DNA of 64,000 nucleotides from Kosmotogaceae bacterium UBA1373 (GCA_002305955.1 DBRH01000012.1:27870-91869); one strand, 5' to 3'. Shown: positions 1-10,470, counted from the stretch's first letter. Notes: generated by a model not told the origin, from the sequence alone. A program made the numbers and translations.

Positions 1-348
1 ACCGGTAGCGGTGGCACCAGAACTGTGACTACCACGAAGTACTTCGGCAACGATGTTACCAGAAGCGAAGTTGTGGAATACGGTGGTTTTTATCTGGATT
101 ACGTCCCGTCGTACTCGCTGATAATGGAAAGCGATTACCAGAGATACCTTCAAGAAGGCTATACATTCAACAAAGTTTACAATGCCAACGCCTTCAGTTT
201 GGGTCGGTTCGTTTCGGATGTTTTCCAGGGTATAGGACCGGTAATAGTGCTTAAGGAAGGCGCGAGTCTTTCGGAGCGATTCTTCGATGTAATAGAACGT
301 TATTCGATACCTTTCATGCCGGTGAGATACTTCTTGAGAAAGGCATGA
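1..348 (+). CDS. C-terminal fragment of an uncharacterised protein (ORF open to the window edge)
   Basis: Frame 1 is open from nt 1 (TGSGGTRTVTTTKYF...) to the stop at 346-348. The tracked Met at 25 is probably internal. No family recognised. Confidence 0.35.
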   Translation, partial: TGSGGTRTVTTTKYFGNDVTRSEVVEYGGFYLDYVPSYSLIMESDYQRYLQEGYTFNKVYNANAFSLGRFVSDVFQGIGPVIVLKEGASLSERFFDVIERYSIPFMPVRYFLRKA

Positions 349-435
349 AACTCTTTAGCATACAAATCAAAAGAGGCCACTGTACTCTGAAGTGGATTTA
401 CGATAGTATATAAGAGAATTCGGCCAGGACGATTC

Positions 436-2862
436 ATGAGTGGTGATAGCGTGGACAGACTCAGTGAGTTCATAATTCGGCATCGGGCGGCTGTGGTAGT
501 TTTTTTTGGAATTCTGGGGATTTTTGGAGCTTTCCTCTCTTCCAAACTCAGTATTGATTCCGATCTGATGAAGATACTTCCCGAAGACGATCCAGTCATA
601 AGGCAATATGAGAGTTTCATAGAGGGCAACTCCTCCAGAGATGTGACTTATATCGTTATCAAAAGCGACGACAAGTCTCCCGGGGGAATCGACAACCTGA
701 TGGCCGCTGCACGGGAAATCTTTGACAGTGTCGACCAGTTAAACAGTATAGAGGCTTTCGTAAGGTTCGATGTAATTTCGGACCTCGGACCGCTCGGCTT
801 TGTGCTTATAGATTCCTCTGAACTTGAATCGTTGAGCGGTTCCAATCAGGATATGGTCAGAAACGTACAGAGACTCGTCAATTACGACTTTTCGGCCATA
901 CACAGCATCGGCGAGATGCTGGCCGGGTTCGATGGATTCAAAGATATGCTGAAAGAGGATGAGAGCGCGGGGCGTTTTGAGAATTTCATCAGGCTCCCGG
1001 AAAGTATCCCTCAGAAAGACCCGATGATCCTGGTCATGGGTTTCAAGCTCGACGGTCCCTCGTCAGATGTGGCGTACGTGGCCCGTGTAATTCCGGCTCT
1101 CCGGAAATGGATAAGCGAAAAACTCGAACCGTACGACCTTACCTACGGAATGGCCGGCGATCATTTCGGCACTTACGATTCCCACAGACAGGCAACTGAC
1201 GATTTCATGCTAACAACCGTGATCTCTTTGACCGGTATATCGCTGCTCTTCCTGCTCGCCTACTCGAGCTTTAAAATCACTCTCTTCGTGTTTTCATCAC
1301 TGGCGGTTTCTATGTTCATAACTCTGGGAGCGGCTTACCTTATTTTTGGATCGCTGAACATAATTACCTCTTTCGTAACCTCCATAACTCTGGGCCTCGG
1401 TATCGATTACGGAATTCATATGATCACCTGGCTTTCCGACGGCGCAAAGAAAGAGAGAAATTCGCAGAGACTCCTCAGGGAGGCTTACAAATCTCTTTTG
1501 AAGCCTTTGATGGCAAGCATGCTAACGACGGCCGCCGTTTTCGTGATACTCGCGTTGATCGATTCCCCGGCAGTCAGGGAGCTTGGAATACTCACTTCTT
1601 TCGGCATAGTTATATTTTTCATCGTTATGATTACGTTTTTACCCGCGCTGAGTATAAAAACCGTCATGAAACAAGGAAGATCGGCAAACATCCACCTTTT
1701 AGATCGATTTTTTTTACGGCTGGCGAGGTTGATAAGGAAACTCGGTGTGGTTTCCGGTGGTATCGTCTTCATACTTATACTTTCTCTAGGTTATCTCGGT
1801 TATATAAGCATTACCAATTTTTCCTACACTCCGCCGGGATTGATGGCCACCGATTCCGAACAGATAGCCGTTCCGGCGTTGATCGAAAGAACGTTCGGAG
1901 GAAGTATCCTGAACTCAGTTCCATTCATGGTCGGTGACGTTGAATCTTTGAGACGCGCACATGAAAATCTAAACAACAATCCGAACATAAGGAGTGTATT
2001 CTCCGTGCTCTCGATTCTGGAAGATGGAAGTCAGGATCAGGTGAACAGAATACAATCGATCACGAGACAGATAAATTCGATGCGCAACTCGCCGCTTGTG
2101 GAGGCACTGCTCAAGAAAGCACAGTACTACGATTTCATGATTGAACTTCTCGATAAGGCCGAAGGTGTGAAAAGCTCCGACGAACTCATCGACTTAATTG
2201 CAGAGGTCATACCAGACAGTCTAAAGGAGAGGGTTCTTTACGAAGATGGCCAGGGAAAGAGATACTTCGTTATCAACGCCGAGCCGACATCTATTATCTA
2301 CAGAAACAACGTGATCAAAATCCTTTTCGACAGTGTGGGTGAAGAGCTCAGGGAAGCCGCCGGTGGTTACCCGAAAGTCTTTTATTACCTGATGGATGTT
2401 GTACGGAAGATATCGATTCCAGTTACACTCTTCGCGTTTGTAATAGTTTTTTTGATAGTGACCATCGAAAGGAAGAGCCTGTTCGACGGGTTGAAACTCT
2501 TCGCCTTGATGGTTGGCATTCTGATGACGATGTTCGGATTGATGGAAATTTCAGGTATCGAGACAACGTTCATAACGGTCATCTCGGCCCCGCTCATAAT
2601 AGGTATTGGGGTCGATGCGCTGGTGTATGTTGTCCACAGTTCGGGAAAGAGAGACGAGAAGGAACTCGCCAGGACGCTGAAATCCATAACGATGTCATCT
2701 GCCACAACGATGCTGGCCTTCTTTTCCTTTGCCTTCGCGGAAGGTAAGCTCTTGAGCAGTTTCGGGCTCAGTCTGGCTTCGGGTGTTCTTATGTCACTTG
2801 TTGTTGCAACTTTTCTCGTTCCCGTGCTACCATGGAACAGCAAAGAACGAAATGGAGGTTAA
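436..2862 (+). CDS. RND-superfamily (MMPL/HAE3-type) membrane exporter
   Basis: 808 aa. Two hydrophobic multi-TM blocks, each preceded by a large soluble loop. GLGIDYGIHM and GIGVDALVYVVH motifs are typical of MMPL/RND permeases. Confidence 0.7.
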   Translation: MSGDSVDRLSEFIIRHRAAVVVFFGILGIFGAFLSSKLSIDSDLMKILPEDDPVIRQYESFIEGNSSRDVTYIVIKSDDKSPGGIDNLMAAAREIFDSVDQLNSIEAFVRFDVISDLGPLGFVLIDSSELESLSGSNQDMVRNVQRLVNYDFSAIHSIGEMLAGFDGFKDMLKEDESAGRFENFIRLPESIPQKDPMILVMGFKLDGPSSDVAYVARVIPALRKWISEKLEPYDLTYGMAGDHFGTYDSHRQATDDFMLTTVISLTGISLLFLLAYSSFKITLFVFSSLAVSMFITLGAAYLIFGSLNIITSFVTSITLGLGIDYGIHMITWLSDGAKKERNSQRLLREAYKSLLKPLMASMLTTAAVFVILALIDSPAVRELGILTSFGIVIFFIVMITFLPALSIKTVMKQGRSANIHLLDRFFLRLARLIRKLGVVSGGIVFILILSLGYLGYISITNFSYTPPGLMATDSEQIAVPALIERTFGGSILNSVPFMVGDVESLRRAHENLNNNPNIRSVFSVLSILEDGSQDQVNRIQSITRQINSMRNSPLVEALLKKAQYYDFMIELLDKAEGVKSSDELIDLIAEVIPDSLKERVLYEDGQGKRYFVINAEPTSIIYRNNVIKILFDSVGEELREAAGGYPKVFYYLMDVVRKISIPVTLFAFVIVFLIVTIERKSLFDGLKLFALMVGILMTMFGLMEISGIETTFITVISAPLIIGIGVDALVYVVHSSGKRDEKELARTLKSITMSSATTMLAFFSFAFAEGKLLSSFGLSLASGVLMSLVVATFLVPVLPWNSKERNGG

Positions 2863-2865
2863 GAC

Positions 2866-3483
2866 ATGCCTTTTCATCTTTTGGTCGCGTATTACGTTGT
2901 TGATCATGCCTTTGTGAACAACACCAAACTTTCGAAAATGGACGACAAGAAGCTTTGGACACATTTCATCTGGGTGGTTCTGGTCTTTCTTGCCTTCACT
3001 TTCGACGTGTTCCTTTCCAACCCCCTTGGCATTCTGTTGCTTATACTCTCTATCGGCGTGACGGTAACTCTGGACATGGGAAGGAAAAAGCTCTCCAACC
3101 ATTTGATAGAGATAATCGCCTTCTTCATCTTTCTGTTTTTTACGCTTCTCGGTAAGAGTTATCTGAGCAGGTCCTTTGTGACCATAGAATTTTCCTGGTA
3201 TCTTTTGGGGATGCTTGCCACAACCGTGGGCGTCACGTATTTTCTGAGAGGGCGGATTTTGGCGGAAAATGCGACCGATTCCATAGGCATAGCCGAACGT
3301 ATGTCCATATTCATATTCGTTCTTGCAGGACACTGGGAGTGGACTCTAATAGCTATCGGCGCCGCGCTAACCTTCAGAGTGGTTTTCTCGAAAGATGGAA
3401 AAATCGAATGGTTAATAAGTCCCGTAGCAGGTGTCGGACTGTCATTCCTCTGGCAACTGCTGATGAGGAGCATGCTGGGTTGA
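2866..3483 (+). CDS. small polytopic membrane protein (possibly DUF3307-like)
   Basis: 205 aa, about 6 hydrophobic segments, starts 4 nt after the exporter stop. The N-terminal HLLVAYYVVDH resembles the DUF3307 signature, but the family call is tentative. Confidence 0.45.
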   Translation: MPFHLLVAYYVVDHAFVNNTKLSKMDDKKLWTHFIWVVLVFLAFTFDVFLSNPLGILLLILSIGVTVTLDMGRKKLSNHLIEIIAFFIFLFFTLLGKSYLSRSFVTIEFSWYLLGMLATTVGVTYFLRGRILAENATDSIGIAERMSIFIFVLAGHWEWTLIAIGAALTFRVVFSKDGKIEWLISPVAGVGLSFLWQLLMRSMLG

Positions 3484-4097
3484 CCTATGCTGTAGGAGAC
3501 ATCCACGGTTGCCTCGACGTTTTGAGAAGACTTGTACAGTCTCTGGAGGCAAAGAGTTCCGATGTCTTCGTTTTTATCGGTGACTACGTTGACAGAGGGC
3601 CCGATTCGAAAGGTGTCATCGACTATCTGATAGCCCTTTCGGAAAGATACGAATGTCATTTCATTAGAGGCAACCATGAACAGATGTTTCTTGATTATCT
3701 AAGGCGAGAACCGGGTGCAATGATCTGGGCATACAACGGTATGGAGAGAACCTTAATGAGTTATGGAAGTTTGAGGGCCGTTCCCGACTGTCACATCGAT
3801 TTTCTCAACAGAACTGTCTACAGCTACACGATAAAGAAGTTCGTTTTTGTTCATGCCGGTGTCAGGCCGGGGATACCGCTCGAAGAGCAAGAAGAGCGAG
3901 ACTTGCTGTGGATTAGAGAGCCTTTTCTAAGCAATCGCAACCCGATCAAGGGTAAGACAGTAATCTTCGGACACACACCACAATTCGGCGGGCCGTTGAT
4001 CGAAAAAAGTAAAATAGGAATAGACACCGGCTGTGTCTATGGAGGTTACCTTACGGCGTACAGGATCGAAGATAGACACTGGGTGTGCGAGAAATGA
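3480..4097 (+). CDS. PPP-family metallophosphoesterase (Ser/Thr phosphatase / ApaH-like)
   Basis: GDIHG, GDYVDRGPDS and RGNHE motifs. The tracked ORF starts at 3339 but overlaps the upstream gene by 145 nt. A TTG at 3480 overlaps that gene's TGA (TTGA) and gives MTYAVGDIHG, the usual N-terminus for this family. Confidence 0.8.
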   Translation: MTYAVGDIHGCLDVLRRLVQSLEAKSSDVFVFIGDYVDRGPDSKGVIDYLIALSERYECHFIRGNHEQMFLDYLRREPGAMIWAYNGMERTLMSYGSLRAVPDCHIDFLNRTVYSYTIKKFVFVHAGVRPGIPLEEQEERDLLWIREPFLSNRNPIKGKTVIFGHTPQFGGPLIEKSKIGIDTGCVYGGYLTAYRIEDRHWVCEK

Positions 4098-4129
4098 AAA
4101 CGGGCGGAAGGTCTTCCGCCCGTTTTTCT
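4097..4129. terminator. bidirectional intrinsic terminator between convergent phosphatase and gdhA
   Basis: AAAACGGGCGGAAG-GTC-CTTCCGCCCGTTTTT: perfect GC-rich stem flanked by an A-run and a T-run. Confidence 0.8.
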
Positions 4130-4144
4130 TGATGGATCGATATA

Positions 4145-5398
4145 TCAGGGGTAGATGCCTCTCAGTTTAGTCGCGAGTGCAACTTTCTCTATAGCATCTA
4201 CGTAGGCTGCAGACCTCATATCGATGTCGTACTTGTTCGCCGTTGAGGCTACGGAGTTGAAGGCTTCCTTCATGATCTTGTGGAGAGCCCTTCTCACATC
4301 TTCGATATCCCAGAAGTAATGCTGCAGACCCTGGACCCATTCGAAGTAAGAGACTGTGACTCCACCGGCGTTTGCAAGGAAATCCGGAACGATGAAGATG
4401 TTCTTGGAGAGTATTATTTCATCCGCTTCGGGCGTTATCGGGCCGTTGGCTCCTTCGACTATTATCTTGGCCTTGATATCGCCGGCATTATTCGCCGTTA
4501 TGGCATTTTCGAGTGCCGCGGGGACGAGAATATCGACATCCAGAGTCAACAGATCGTTGTTGCTGATTTTCTGACCCTTTGGATAACCTTCGATGACACC
4601 CTTGTTCTGGTCTCTGTAGGCTATCACTTCATCGATATCAAAACCGGCAGGATTGTACAGACCACCGGAAACGTCGCTAAGGGCAACCACTTTAGAGCCT
4701 ATCTCTTCGCTTATCAGTTTCGCCGCGAAAGAACCGACGTTTCCGAAACCCTGAACCGCGAAGGTGGCGTTTTTCGGATCCATGCCCTTGTACTTTGCAG
4801 CCTCTTCGGCGATGACTCTGACTCCTCTTCCAGTAGCTTCCGGTCTTCCCTTCGAACCGCCAATTTCCAGCGGTTTACCGGTGACTATGCCGAGAACGGA
4901 GTGGCCAACGTTCATCGAATAAGTGTCCATGTACCAGGACATTATCTGTGCGTTGGTGTTAACGTCCGGTGCGGGTATATCCTCGTTCTCTCCAATGATT
5001 ATCTGTATCTCCGAAAAGTAGCGTCTGGAAAGCCTTTCCAATTCACCCATCGAGAGTTCCTGAGGATTTACGCAGACTCCACCCTTGCCTCCGCCGTAAG
5101 GAATACCGACTACGGCACACTTCCAGGTCATCCAAAAAGCCAGTGCCTTTACTTCGTCCAGGGTGACGTTTTGATGGTATCTGATTCCGCCCTTCGCCGG
5201 ACCTCTTGCAACGTTGTGCTGAACTCTATGGCCGGTGAATACTTTTATCTCGCCGTTATCCATTCTCACCGGGAAATTCACCGTGAGTTCCCGCTTCGTT
5301 GAAGTGAGAACCTGTCGCATACTGCTGCTCAGTTTCATTACATCAGCAGCTTTGTTGAACTGCTTCAGTGCATTTTCAAACAAACTTATCTCGGCCAC
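4145..5398 (-). CDS. gdhA: NAD(P)-dependent glutamate dehydrogenase
   Basis: 417 aa. Catalytic IPYGGGKGG box and GFGNVG Rossmann motif, with full-length Glu/Leu/Phe/Val dehydrogenase architecture. GTG start with GGAGGT 7 nt upstream. Confidence 0.95.
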   Translation of the reverse strand: MAEISLFENALKQFNKAADVMKLSSSMRQVLTSTKRELTVNFPVRMDNGEIKVFTGHRVQHNVARGPAKGGIRYHQNVTLDEVKALAFWMTWKCAVVGIPYGGGKGGVCVNPQELSMGELERLSRRYFSEIQIIIGENEDIPAPDVNTNAQIMSWYMDTYSMNVGHSVLGIVTGKPLEIGGSKGRPEATGRGVRVIAEEAAKYKGMDPKNATFAVQGFGNVGSFAAKLISEEIGSKVVALSDVSGGLYNPAGFDIDEVIAYRDQNKGVIEGYPKGQKISNNDLLTLDVDILVPAALENAITANNAGDIKAKIIVEGANGPITPEADEIILSKNIFIVPDFLANAGGVTVSYFEWVQGLQHYFWDIEDVRRALHKIMKEAFNSVASTANKYDIDMRSAAYVDAIEKVALATKLRGIYP

Positions 5399-5562
5399 GA
5401 AAATACCTCCTGCTCCTTGTTTTTGGTGTCATACCATTTGAATTTTATGATTATATTCAGAGCTTCACAAATCCATGTACGGTCGAAAGGAGTCGCTTAA
5501 AGTCAATTAAAGACTCCTAGGTGTTATTTTCAAGGTGAGTTTTCTCTATGCTAGCAACTATC

Positions 5563-5589
5563 AAAAAAAAGCGAGGAGAAAACCTCGCT
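5563..5589 (-). terminator. intrinsic terminator downstream of tRNA-Arg
   Basis: On the minus strand: AGCGAGG-TTTTCT-CCTCGCT followed by TTTTTTT. Confidence 0.7.
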
Positions 5590-5590
5590 C

Positions 5591-5665
5591 TGGTACCCCC
5601 AGAAGGAATCGAACCTTCATCTGCGGATTAGGAATCCGCCATTCTATCCGTTGAACTATAGGGGC
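5591..5665 (-). tRNA. tRNA-Arg (anticodon CCT)
   Basis: 75 nt cloverleaf folded by hand. Acceptor GCCCCTA/TGGGGGT, D arm GTTC/GAAT, anticodon arm GCGGA-TTCCTAA-TCCGC, T arm GAAGG-TTCGATT-CCTTC, encoded CCA. Confidence 0.9.
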
Positions 5666-5676
5666 GCAACGTGGAG

Positions 5677-5705
5677 ATTATAGCATCACGTTCAAGCCTT
5701 TTCAA
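5677..5705 (-). promoter_or_regulatory. sigma70-type promoter of tRNA-Arg
   Basis: Minus strand: TTGAAA, 17 nt, TGcTATAAT (extended -10), ending about 11 nt before the mature tRNA 5' end. Confidence 0.6.
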
Positions 5706-5742
5706 CAGCTTCTCTGCTACAATTGGAAAGTGCTGATCTAGA

Positions 5743-6645
5743 TTGATCGACGGGATTTTGTACAGATCCAGAGAGAGGTGGACACATTTGGAAAGAATTG
5801 TGGCTCTTGAATCTACGGTTATCGCTCACGGACTTCCCTTTCCCGAGAACGTCAACACCGCACTCGAAATGGAAAGAGCGGTGAGAGAGAATGGAGGTCT
5901 GCCAAAAACCATAGGCATAATCGATGGAGATGTAAGGATCGGTCTTCAAAAAGAAGAGATACTTTCACTCGCGAAAGCGAGCGACGTGATGAAGGTCGGG
6001 ACGGCCGAGGTAGCCTACGCGACGGCACTCAAGAGAAAGGCCGCGACGACAGTCAGCGCGACTATGTTTCTGGCAAGACTTCACGGTATCTCCGTCTTCT
6101 CCACCGGAGGGATAGGTGGTGTACACAGAGATATCGACTGGGATGTTTCACAGGATATCATCGAGCTGTCCAGAAACGATATCATAGTTGTATCGGCGGG
6201 TGTCAAGAGCATCCTCGATGTTCAAAAGACCCTGGAGTTTCTAGAGACGTTTCAGGTGACGGTTCTGGGCTACAGAACCGACTATTTTCCGCTTTTCCAT
6301 TGTAGAGACAGTCAGTACAAGCTCAATCTACGGGTGGACTCACCAGAAGAAGTGGTGGAAGTTCTGAAGGAGAAGAGGCGTCTTGGAATAAAAGGCGGAA
6401 TTCTGGTCGCCAATCCGATACCCGAAGAGTCGGCAATAGGTTTGGACGAAATCAACCACCTGGTCGATCAGGCCGTGTCCTTGGCCAGAAAAGAGGGGGT
6501 AGGCGGCAAGGCCCTGACTCCCTACCTTTTGAGCAAAATCGGTTTTCTCTCGGATGGAAAAACTCTCCGTGCAAATATATCCCTTCTGATAAACAACGCC
6601 GCTCTCGGCGGGAAAATAGCGGCCTCTCAGGCGTGGGTCGTATGA
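5743..6645 (+). CDS. psuG: pseudouridine-5'-phosphate glycosidase
   Basis: 300 aa, colinear with E. coli YeiN/PsuG as I recall it (VALESTVIAHGLPFP, STGGIGGVHR, VVSAGVKSILD, VANPIP). TTG start; exact start uncertain. Confidence 0.9.
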   Translation: MIDGILYRSRERWTHLERIVALESTVIAHGLPFPENVNTALEMERAVRENGGLPKTIGIIDGDVRIGLQKEEILSLAKASDVMKVGTAEVAYATALKRKAATTVSATMFLARLHGISVFSTGGIGGVHRDIDWDVSQDIIELSRNDIIVVSAGVKSILDVQKTLEFLETFQVTVLGYRTDYFPLFHCRDSQYKLNLRVDSPEEVVEVLKEKRRLGIKGGILVANPIPEESAIGLDEINHLVDQAVSLARKEGVGGKALTPYLLSKIGFLSDGKTLRANISLLINNAALGGKIAASQAWVV

Positions 6646-8093
6646 ATTATATACTTAAGAATTCACGGGTCTATTCCGTTGATACTGGTGAGTTTAGCGA
6701 CAGGGATCTGTACATAACCGACGGTAGAATTTCAGATAGAGCCGGTCCGGAATCCCTAACCATGGACCTGTCCGGTAAATTCATATATCCGGGATTCGTT
6801 GATTCTCACGCTCACCTGATCGGGACGGGGCTGGAGAAGATGGCAGTTGATCTGCGAAATTGCAGATCGATGGAGGATCTTCGCTCGCGGCTGCAGATAG
6901 AAAGTCATCTCGTCAGGGCCAGAGGCTGGGATCAGGAGACTCTGGGCTTTTTACCGGAACGTCGGATTCTGGACAGGATCACTTCGCAGCCGGCCGTTCT
7001 CGTCAGAAGATGCGGTCATGTGGCCACTGTCAACTCGGCGGTCATAGATCGTTTCTCGCTCGAAGCGCTGGACGGTCTGGATGAAACCGATATCGAGACT
7101 GGTGTGATCAAGGAAAGGGCACTCGAAAGATTGAACTCGATTGTGAAGTTAGCCCCCGAAGAGGTCGAGGAGGCCATACGCAGGGGAAGCGTGGAGTTTC
7201 TGAAGTACGGAGTAACCTGTGTTCACAGTGATGATCTTCATGGTATGGAACTTGAGACGCTGGTTGAGAGTTTGAAGCGAATAGACAACATAAGAGTATT
7301 CGAAAAGATAGCCGTGGAAAGACCTGATCAGCTTTCGATGGTCAGTATGGCCAGAAACGGAGAAACGAGGTTTTTCAAAGTTATCGCCGCGAAGATATAT
7401 CTGGACGGCTCTCTCGGAGCAAGGACAGCGGCTATGAAAGAACCGTATTCCGATTCGCCCCGTGAAACTGGTGTCCTATACATGGATTGCGAAACTCTGA
7501 AAAGTATCGTCGAAAGGGCCGACCGTGAAGGAATTCAACTATGTATCCATGTTATCGGCGATAGATCGCTGGAAGAAGCGTTGAAAGCCTTTCACGGTTC
7601 TAGAGCCCTTGAATTGAAGCACCGACTGATACACGTACAGATAGCATCTCCGGAAGAGATCCACAGAATCGCCGACCTGGGATTGACGGCTTCGATTCAG
7701 CCGGTTTTCTTCGATTCCGACGCACATATCGCTCCCGGCCGTTTTGGAGAGGCACGGATAAAAAATGCTTACCCTTTCAGACGAATGAGGGACGCGGGAA
7801 TCAGAATGGCTCTTTCGACCGATTCGCCAGTTGAAAGTCCTTCTGTACTGCCGAATCTGGTATCGGCCGATAGATTCTTTCAAAGAAGAGACTCGCTGGA
7901 GATGTACACAAAGGCCGGTTACTGTCTGGCAAACAGGGAGGAGAGGGGCTCTCTACTTCCCGGCGACGAGGCAGATTTCTTTGTTTCTTCCGTGAATCTT
8001 CTGGATGGCATGGGGGAGGCGGAATCGGAAATAACCTTCGTAGATGGAAAAATAGTTTACCATACTGCAAATCGGCAATTGTACACAAAATAA
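6633..8093 (+). CDS. metal-dependent amidohydrolase (Amidohydro_3 / YtcJ-like)
   Basis: 486 aa. N-terminal PGFVDSHAHL metal-ligand motif and C-terminal LSTDSPV. Overlaps the psuG end by 13 nt. Confidence 0.8.
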   Translation: MGRMNYILKNSRVYSVDTGEFSDRDLYITDGRISDRAGPESLTMDLSGKFIYPGFVDSHAHLIGTGLEKMAVDLRNCRSMEDLRSRLQIESHLVRARGWDQETLGFLPERRILDRITSQPAVLVRRCGHVATVNSAVIDRFSLEALDGLDETDIETGVIKERALERLNSIVKLAPEEVEEAIRRGSVEFLKYGVTCVHSDDLHGMELETLVESLKRIDNIRVFEKIAVERPDQLSMVSMARNGETRFFKVIAAKIYLDGSLGARTAAMKEPYSDSPRETGVLYMDCETLKSIVERADREGIQLCIHVIGDRSLEEALKAFHGSRALELKHRLIHVQIASPEEIHRIADLGLTASIQPVFFDSDAHIAPGRFGEARIKNAYPFRRMRDAGIRMALSTDSPVESPSVLPNLVSADRFFQRRDSLEMYTKAGYCLANREERGSLLPGDEADFFVSSVNLLDGMGEAESEITFVDGKIVYHTANRQLYTK

Positions 8094-8183
8094 GATTCGG
8101 GGTGGTCTCTTCAGAGTTTCGTTAAAGTTAAATTAAAGAAAACTATCTTGAATAATCCCGATGAAACTGCTAGAATTATAATG

Positions 8184-8208
8184 AAAAAAGGCGGCTTGAT
8201 GCCGCCTT
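8184..8208 (-). terminator. intrinsic terminator downstream of tRNA(CAT)
   Basis: Minus strand: AAGGCGGC-ATCAA-GCCGCCTT followed by TTTTTT. Confidence 0.75.
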
Positions 8209-8209
8209 C

Positions 8210-8287
8210 TGGTGGGCTCGGGTGGAGTCGAACCACCGACCGCCCGGTTATGAGCCGGAAGCTCTAACCAAACTGAGCTACGAGCCC
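8210..8287 (-). tRNA. tRNA-Met (anticodon CAT), elongator type; a lysidine tRNA-Ile2 cannot be excluded
   Basis: 78 nt cloverleaf. Acceptor GGGCTCG/CGAGCCC (G1-C72, so not an initiator), anticodon arm TCCGG-CTCATAA-CCGGG, T arm GGTGG-TTCGACT-CCACC, encoded CCA. Confidence 0.85.
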
Positions 8288-8300
8288 GAACACAGAATTG

Positions 8301-8329
8301 ATTATAATATCCCTCTTGGCTTATGTCAA
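8301..8329 (-). promoter_or_regulatory. consensus sigma70 promoter of tRNA(CAT)
   Basis: Minus strand: TTGACA, 17 nt, TATAAT, ending 13 nt upstream of the tRNA 5' end. Confidence 0.7.
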
Positions 8330-8541
8330 GAGGTTCAGGAGATGATAATATGCTTGATAGCAGTCTTGCAGGACTTCAGACATCTGTCGATCCCGTTCAA
8401 GAGATGACAGTCAGGTATCCAAGAATCCTTGTCATAAAGGCTGCATTCGCTCTTCTCAAAGATGGAAAGTCTATTGAACATAGAGATCTTGAGAAAACTC
8501 TGCAGTTGTTTCTTTCAAAATGATCGTGTATAGAGCGTCTT

Positions 8542-10422
8542 TCATTTTTTCATCCTCAGATGAAACGAGAGGTTCATTATATCCGAAGGAGTGATACCGG
8601 GTATTCTCATCGCCTGCGCGAGAGATTCCGGAGCCGTTTTTTTGAGTTTTTCCCTTCCCTCGGTCGAGAGATTGGCCACTTCATCGTAGTTCAGGGTTCT
8701 AGGAATGGACTCGTTTTCCAGCTCGCCCAGCCTGTTGATCTCCTCTTTCAACCTTTCCACATATCCACCGTACCTGGTTTCTATATCGACCTGTTCGATC
8801 AAATCTTGATCCTTAAGTGGCTGAGGATCGAATTCCTCGAGATCGTTGTATCCGATGCCGGCCCTCCTCAGCAGGGAGATGAACTTTACGGTTGTATCGA
8901 TCGCTGTGCTTCCGGCTTTAACGAGAAGATCGTTGAGTCTTCCCGAAGGTTTTATAGAAATTTTCGAGAGTCTGTCGATCTGCTTCGCGACTTCTTCCTT
9001 CAATCTGCAAATCTTTTCGAAAAACCATTTCGGTATCAGTCCATACCTGTATCCGTACTCGACCAATCTGAGACTGGCGTTGTCGTGTCTCAACAGGAGT
9101 CTGTACTCGGCCCTGGAGGTGAGCAATCTGTAAGGTTCGTCCACTCCCCTGGTGACAAGGTCGTCTATCATGACGCCGATGTAAGCCTCCGATCGCCCCA
9201 CGATCATTTGCCGGAGACCGAGCAGCTTTGCGGAGGCGTTTATCCCTGCCAGAAGTCCCTGGCCGGCGGCCTCTTCGTAGCCGCTCGTCCCGTTGACCTG
9301 ACCGGCGAAGTAGAGATTCTCGACAATCTTGCTTTCAAGCGTCGGGTACAGTTGCGTCGGATCTATGTAATCGTATTCTACGGCGTAGGCCGGCCTGACA
9401 ATCTCGGCCTTTTCAAGACCGGGGATGGTTCTGATCATCTCCAGCTGTGTTTCATAAGGCAGACTCGTGGACAGGCCATTCAGATAATACTCGTTGCTCG
9501 AAGCGCTCTCCGGTTCGACAAAGAGTTGATGGCTGTCTTTCGAGGAAAATTTTATTACCTTGTCCTCTATTGACGGACAGTAACGCGGTCCGCGTGAATT
9601 TATAAGCTTTACGTCTCCATACAGTGGAGAGAAGTGGAGGTCTCTTTTTATTATTTCGTGGGTCTTATCGTTGGTTCTCGTTAGCCAGCAAGGGTGATTG
9701 TTTTCGAGCACAAAGGGCTCGCTGAAGTGTGAAAAGGCCAGCGGAGAGCTTGACGTGTCCTGACGTTCCATCCTTTCGAAATTTATGGACCGGCCGGCGA
9801 TCCTCGCTGGAGTACCTGTTTTGAAGCGTCTTACGTTGAATCCCAGCTTTATAAGCGAACGGGATAATTCTGTCGCGGGGAACTCTCCGAGTCTTCCGGC
9901 CGGAAATTCCCTGGGGCCTATGAAGATCTTCCCTCCCAGGAAGGTCCCGGTGGTGACGATCACAGCTTTAGCCGAGTATTTTAGACCGAAGTGCGTCGTT
10001 ACGGCGACGATCCGCCCGTTTTCGGCTTCGATGTCCGTAACTATTCCGCTCTGGAGCGATAAATCGTTTTGTTCCTCAAGCTTTCTCTTCATTAGTTTAC
10101 TGTATTCGTATTTATCTATCTGTGCCCTCAGGGCCCTGACGGCCGCACCTTTGCTTGTATTCAAAACTCTTATGTTCAAAGATGTTTCGTCTGTATTTTT
10201 GGCCATCTCTCCACCCAGGGCGTCTATCTCTCTAACGACGACCCCCTTTGCGGGGCCGCCGATGGCGGGGTTGCAGGGTGCCCATCCGACCGTATCGAGA
10301 TTTATGTTCAGAACCAGTGTTCTCAGACCCATACGGGAGCTTGAAAGTGCCGCCTCTATACCGGCGTGACCGGCTCCGATGACAACTATGTCAAATTCGT
10401 AATCTCTTTTATTTGAACACAT
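8542..10422 (-). CDS. mnmG: tRNA uridine 5-carboxymethylaminomethyl modification enzyme
   Basis: 626 aa. N-terminal FAD fold [15 protein letters not shown], with full-length GidA/MnmG pattern. Confidence 0.95.
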   Translation of the reverse strand: MCSNKRDYEFDIVVIGAGHAGIEAALSSSRMGLRTLVLNINLDTVGWAPCNPAIGGPAKGVVVREIDALGGEMAKNTDETSLNIRVLNTSKGAAVRALRAQIDKYEYSKLMKRKLEEQNDLSLQSGIVTDIEAENGRIVAVTTHFGLKYSAKAVIVTTGTFLGGKIFIGPREFPAGRLGEFPATELSRSLIKLGFNVRRFKTGTPARIAGRSINFERMERQDTSSSPLAFSHFSEPFVLENNHPCWLTRTNDKTHEIIKRDLHFSPLYGDVKLINSRGPRYCPSIEDKVIKFSSKDSHQLFVEPESASSNEYYLNGLSTSLPYETQLEMIRTIPGLEKAEIVRPAYAVEYDYIDPTQLYPTLESKIVENLYFAGQVNGTSGYEEAAGQGLLAGINASAKLLGLRQMIVGRSEAYIGVMIDDLVTRGVDEPYRLLTSRAEYRLLLRHDNASLRLVEYGYRYGLIPKWFFEKICRLKEEVAKQIDRLSKISIKPSGRLNDLLVKAGSTAIDTTVKFISLLRRAGIGYNDLEEFDPQPLKDQDLIEQVDIETRYGGYVERLKEEINRLGELENESIPRTLNYDEVANLSTEGREKLKKTAPESLAQAMRIPGITPSDIMNLSFHLRMKK

Positions 10423-10470
10423 AACATCACTCCTCTATCATAGTATTGTACACAGAGAGGGGGCATCGAT

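Noticed and set aside
3339-3479. Upstream extension of the phosphatase ORF (tracked start 3339).
   Set aside because: It overlaps the preceding membrane-protein gene by 145 nt. The extension is Arg/Ser-rich junk, and family members start just before GDIHG.
4280-5302. Long antisense ORFs opposite strongly supported genes. Examples: 4280-5302 opposite gdhA, 8560-9573 opposite mnmG, 12513-13292 opposite malE, 24052-24942 opposite murE, 31023-31961 opposite murC, 39277-40026, 46585-47346, 49265-50161, 60183-60917 opposite groEL.
   Set aside because: Each lies entirely inside a gene with clear family motifs on the other strand. The translations are low-complexity (Arg/Ser/Gly/Pro-rich), have no recognisable motif and no RBS. 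These are typical shadow ORFs.
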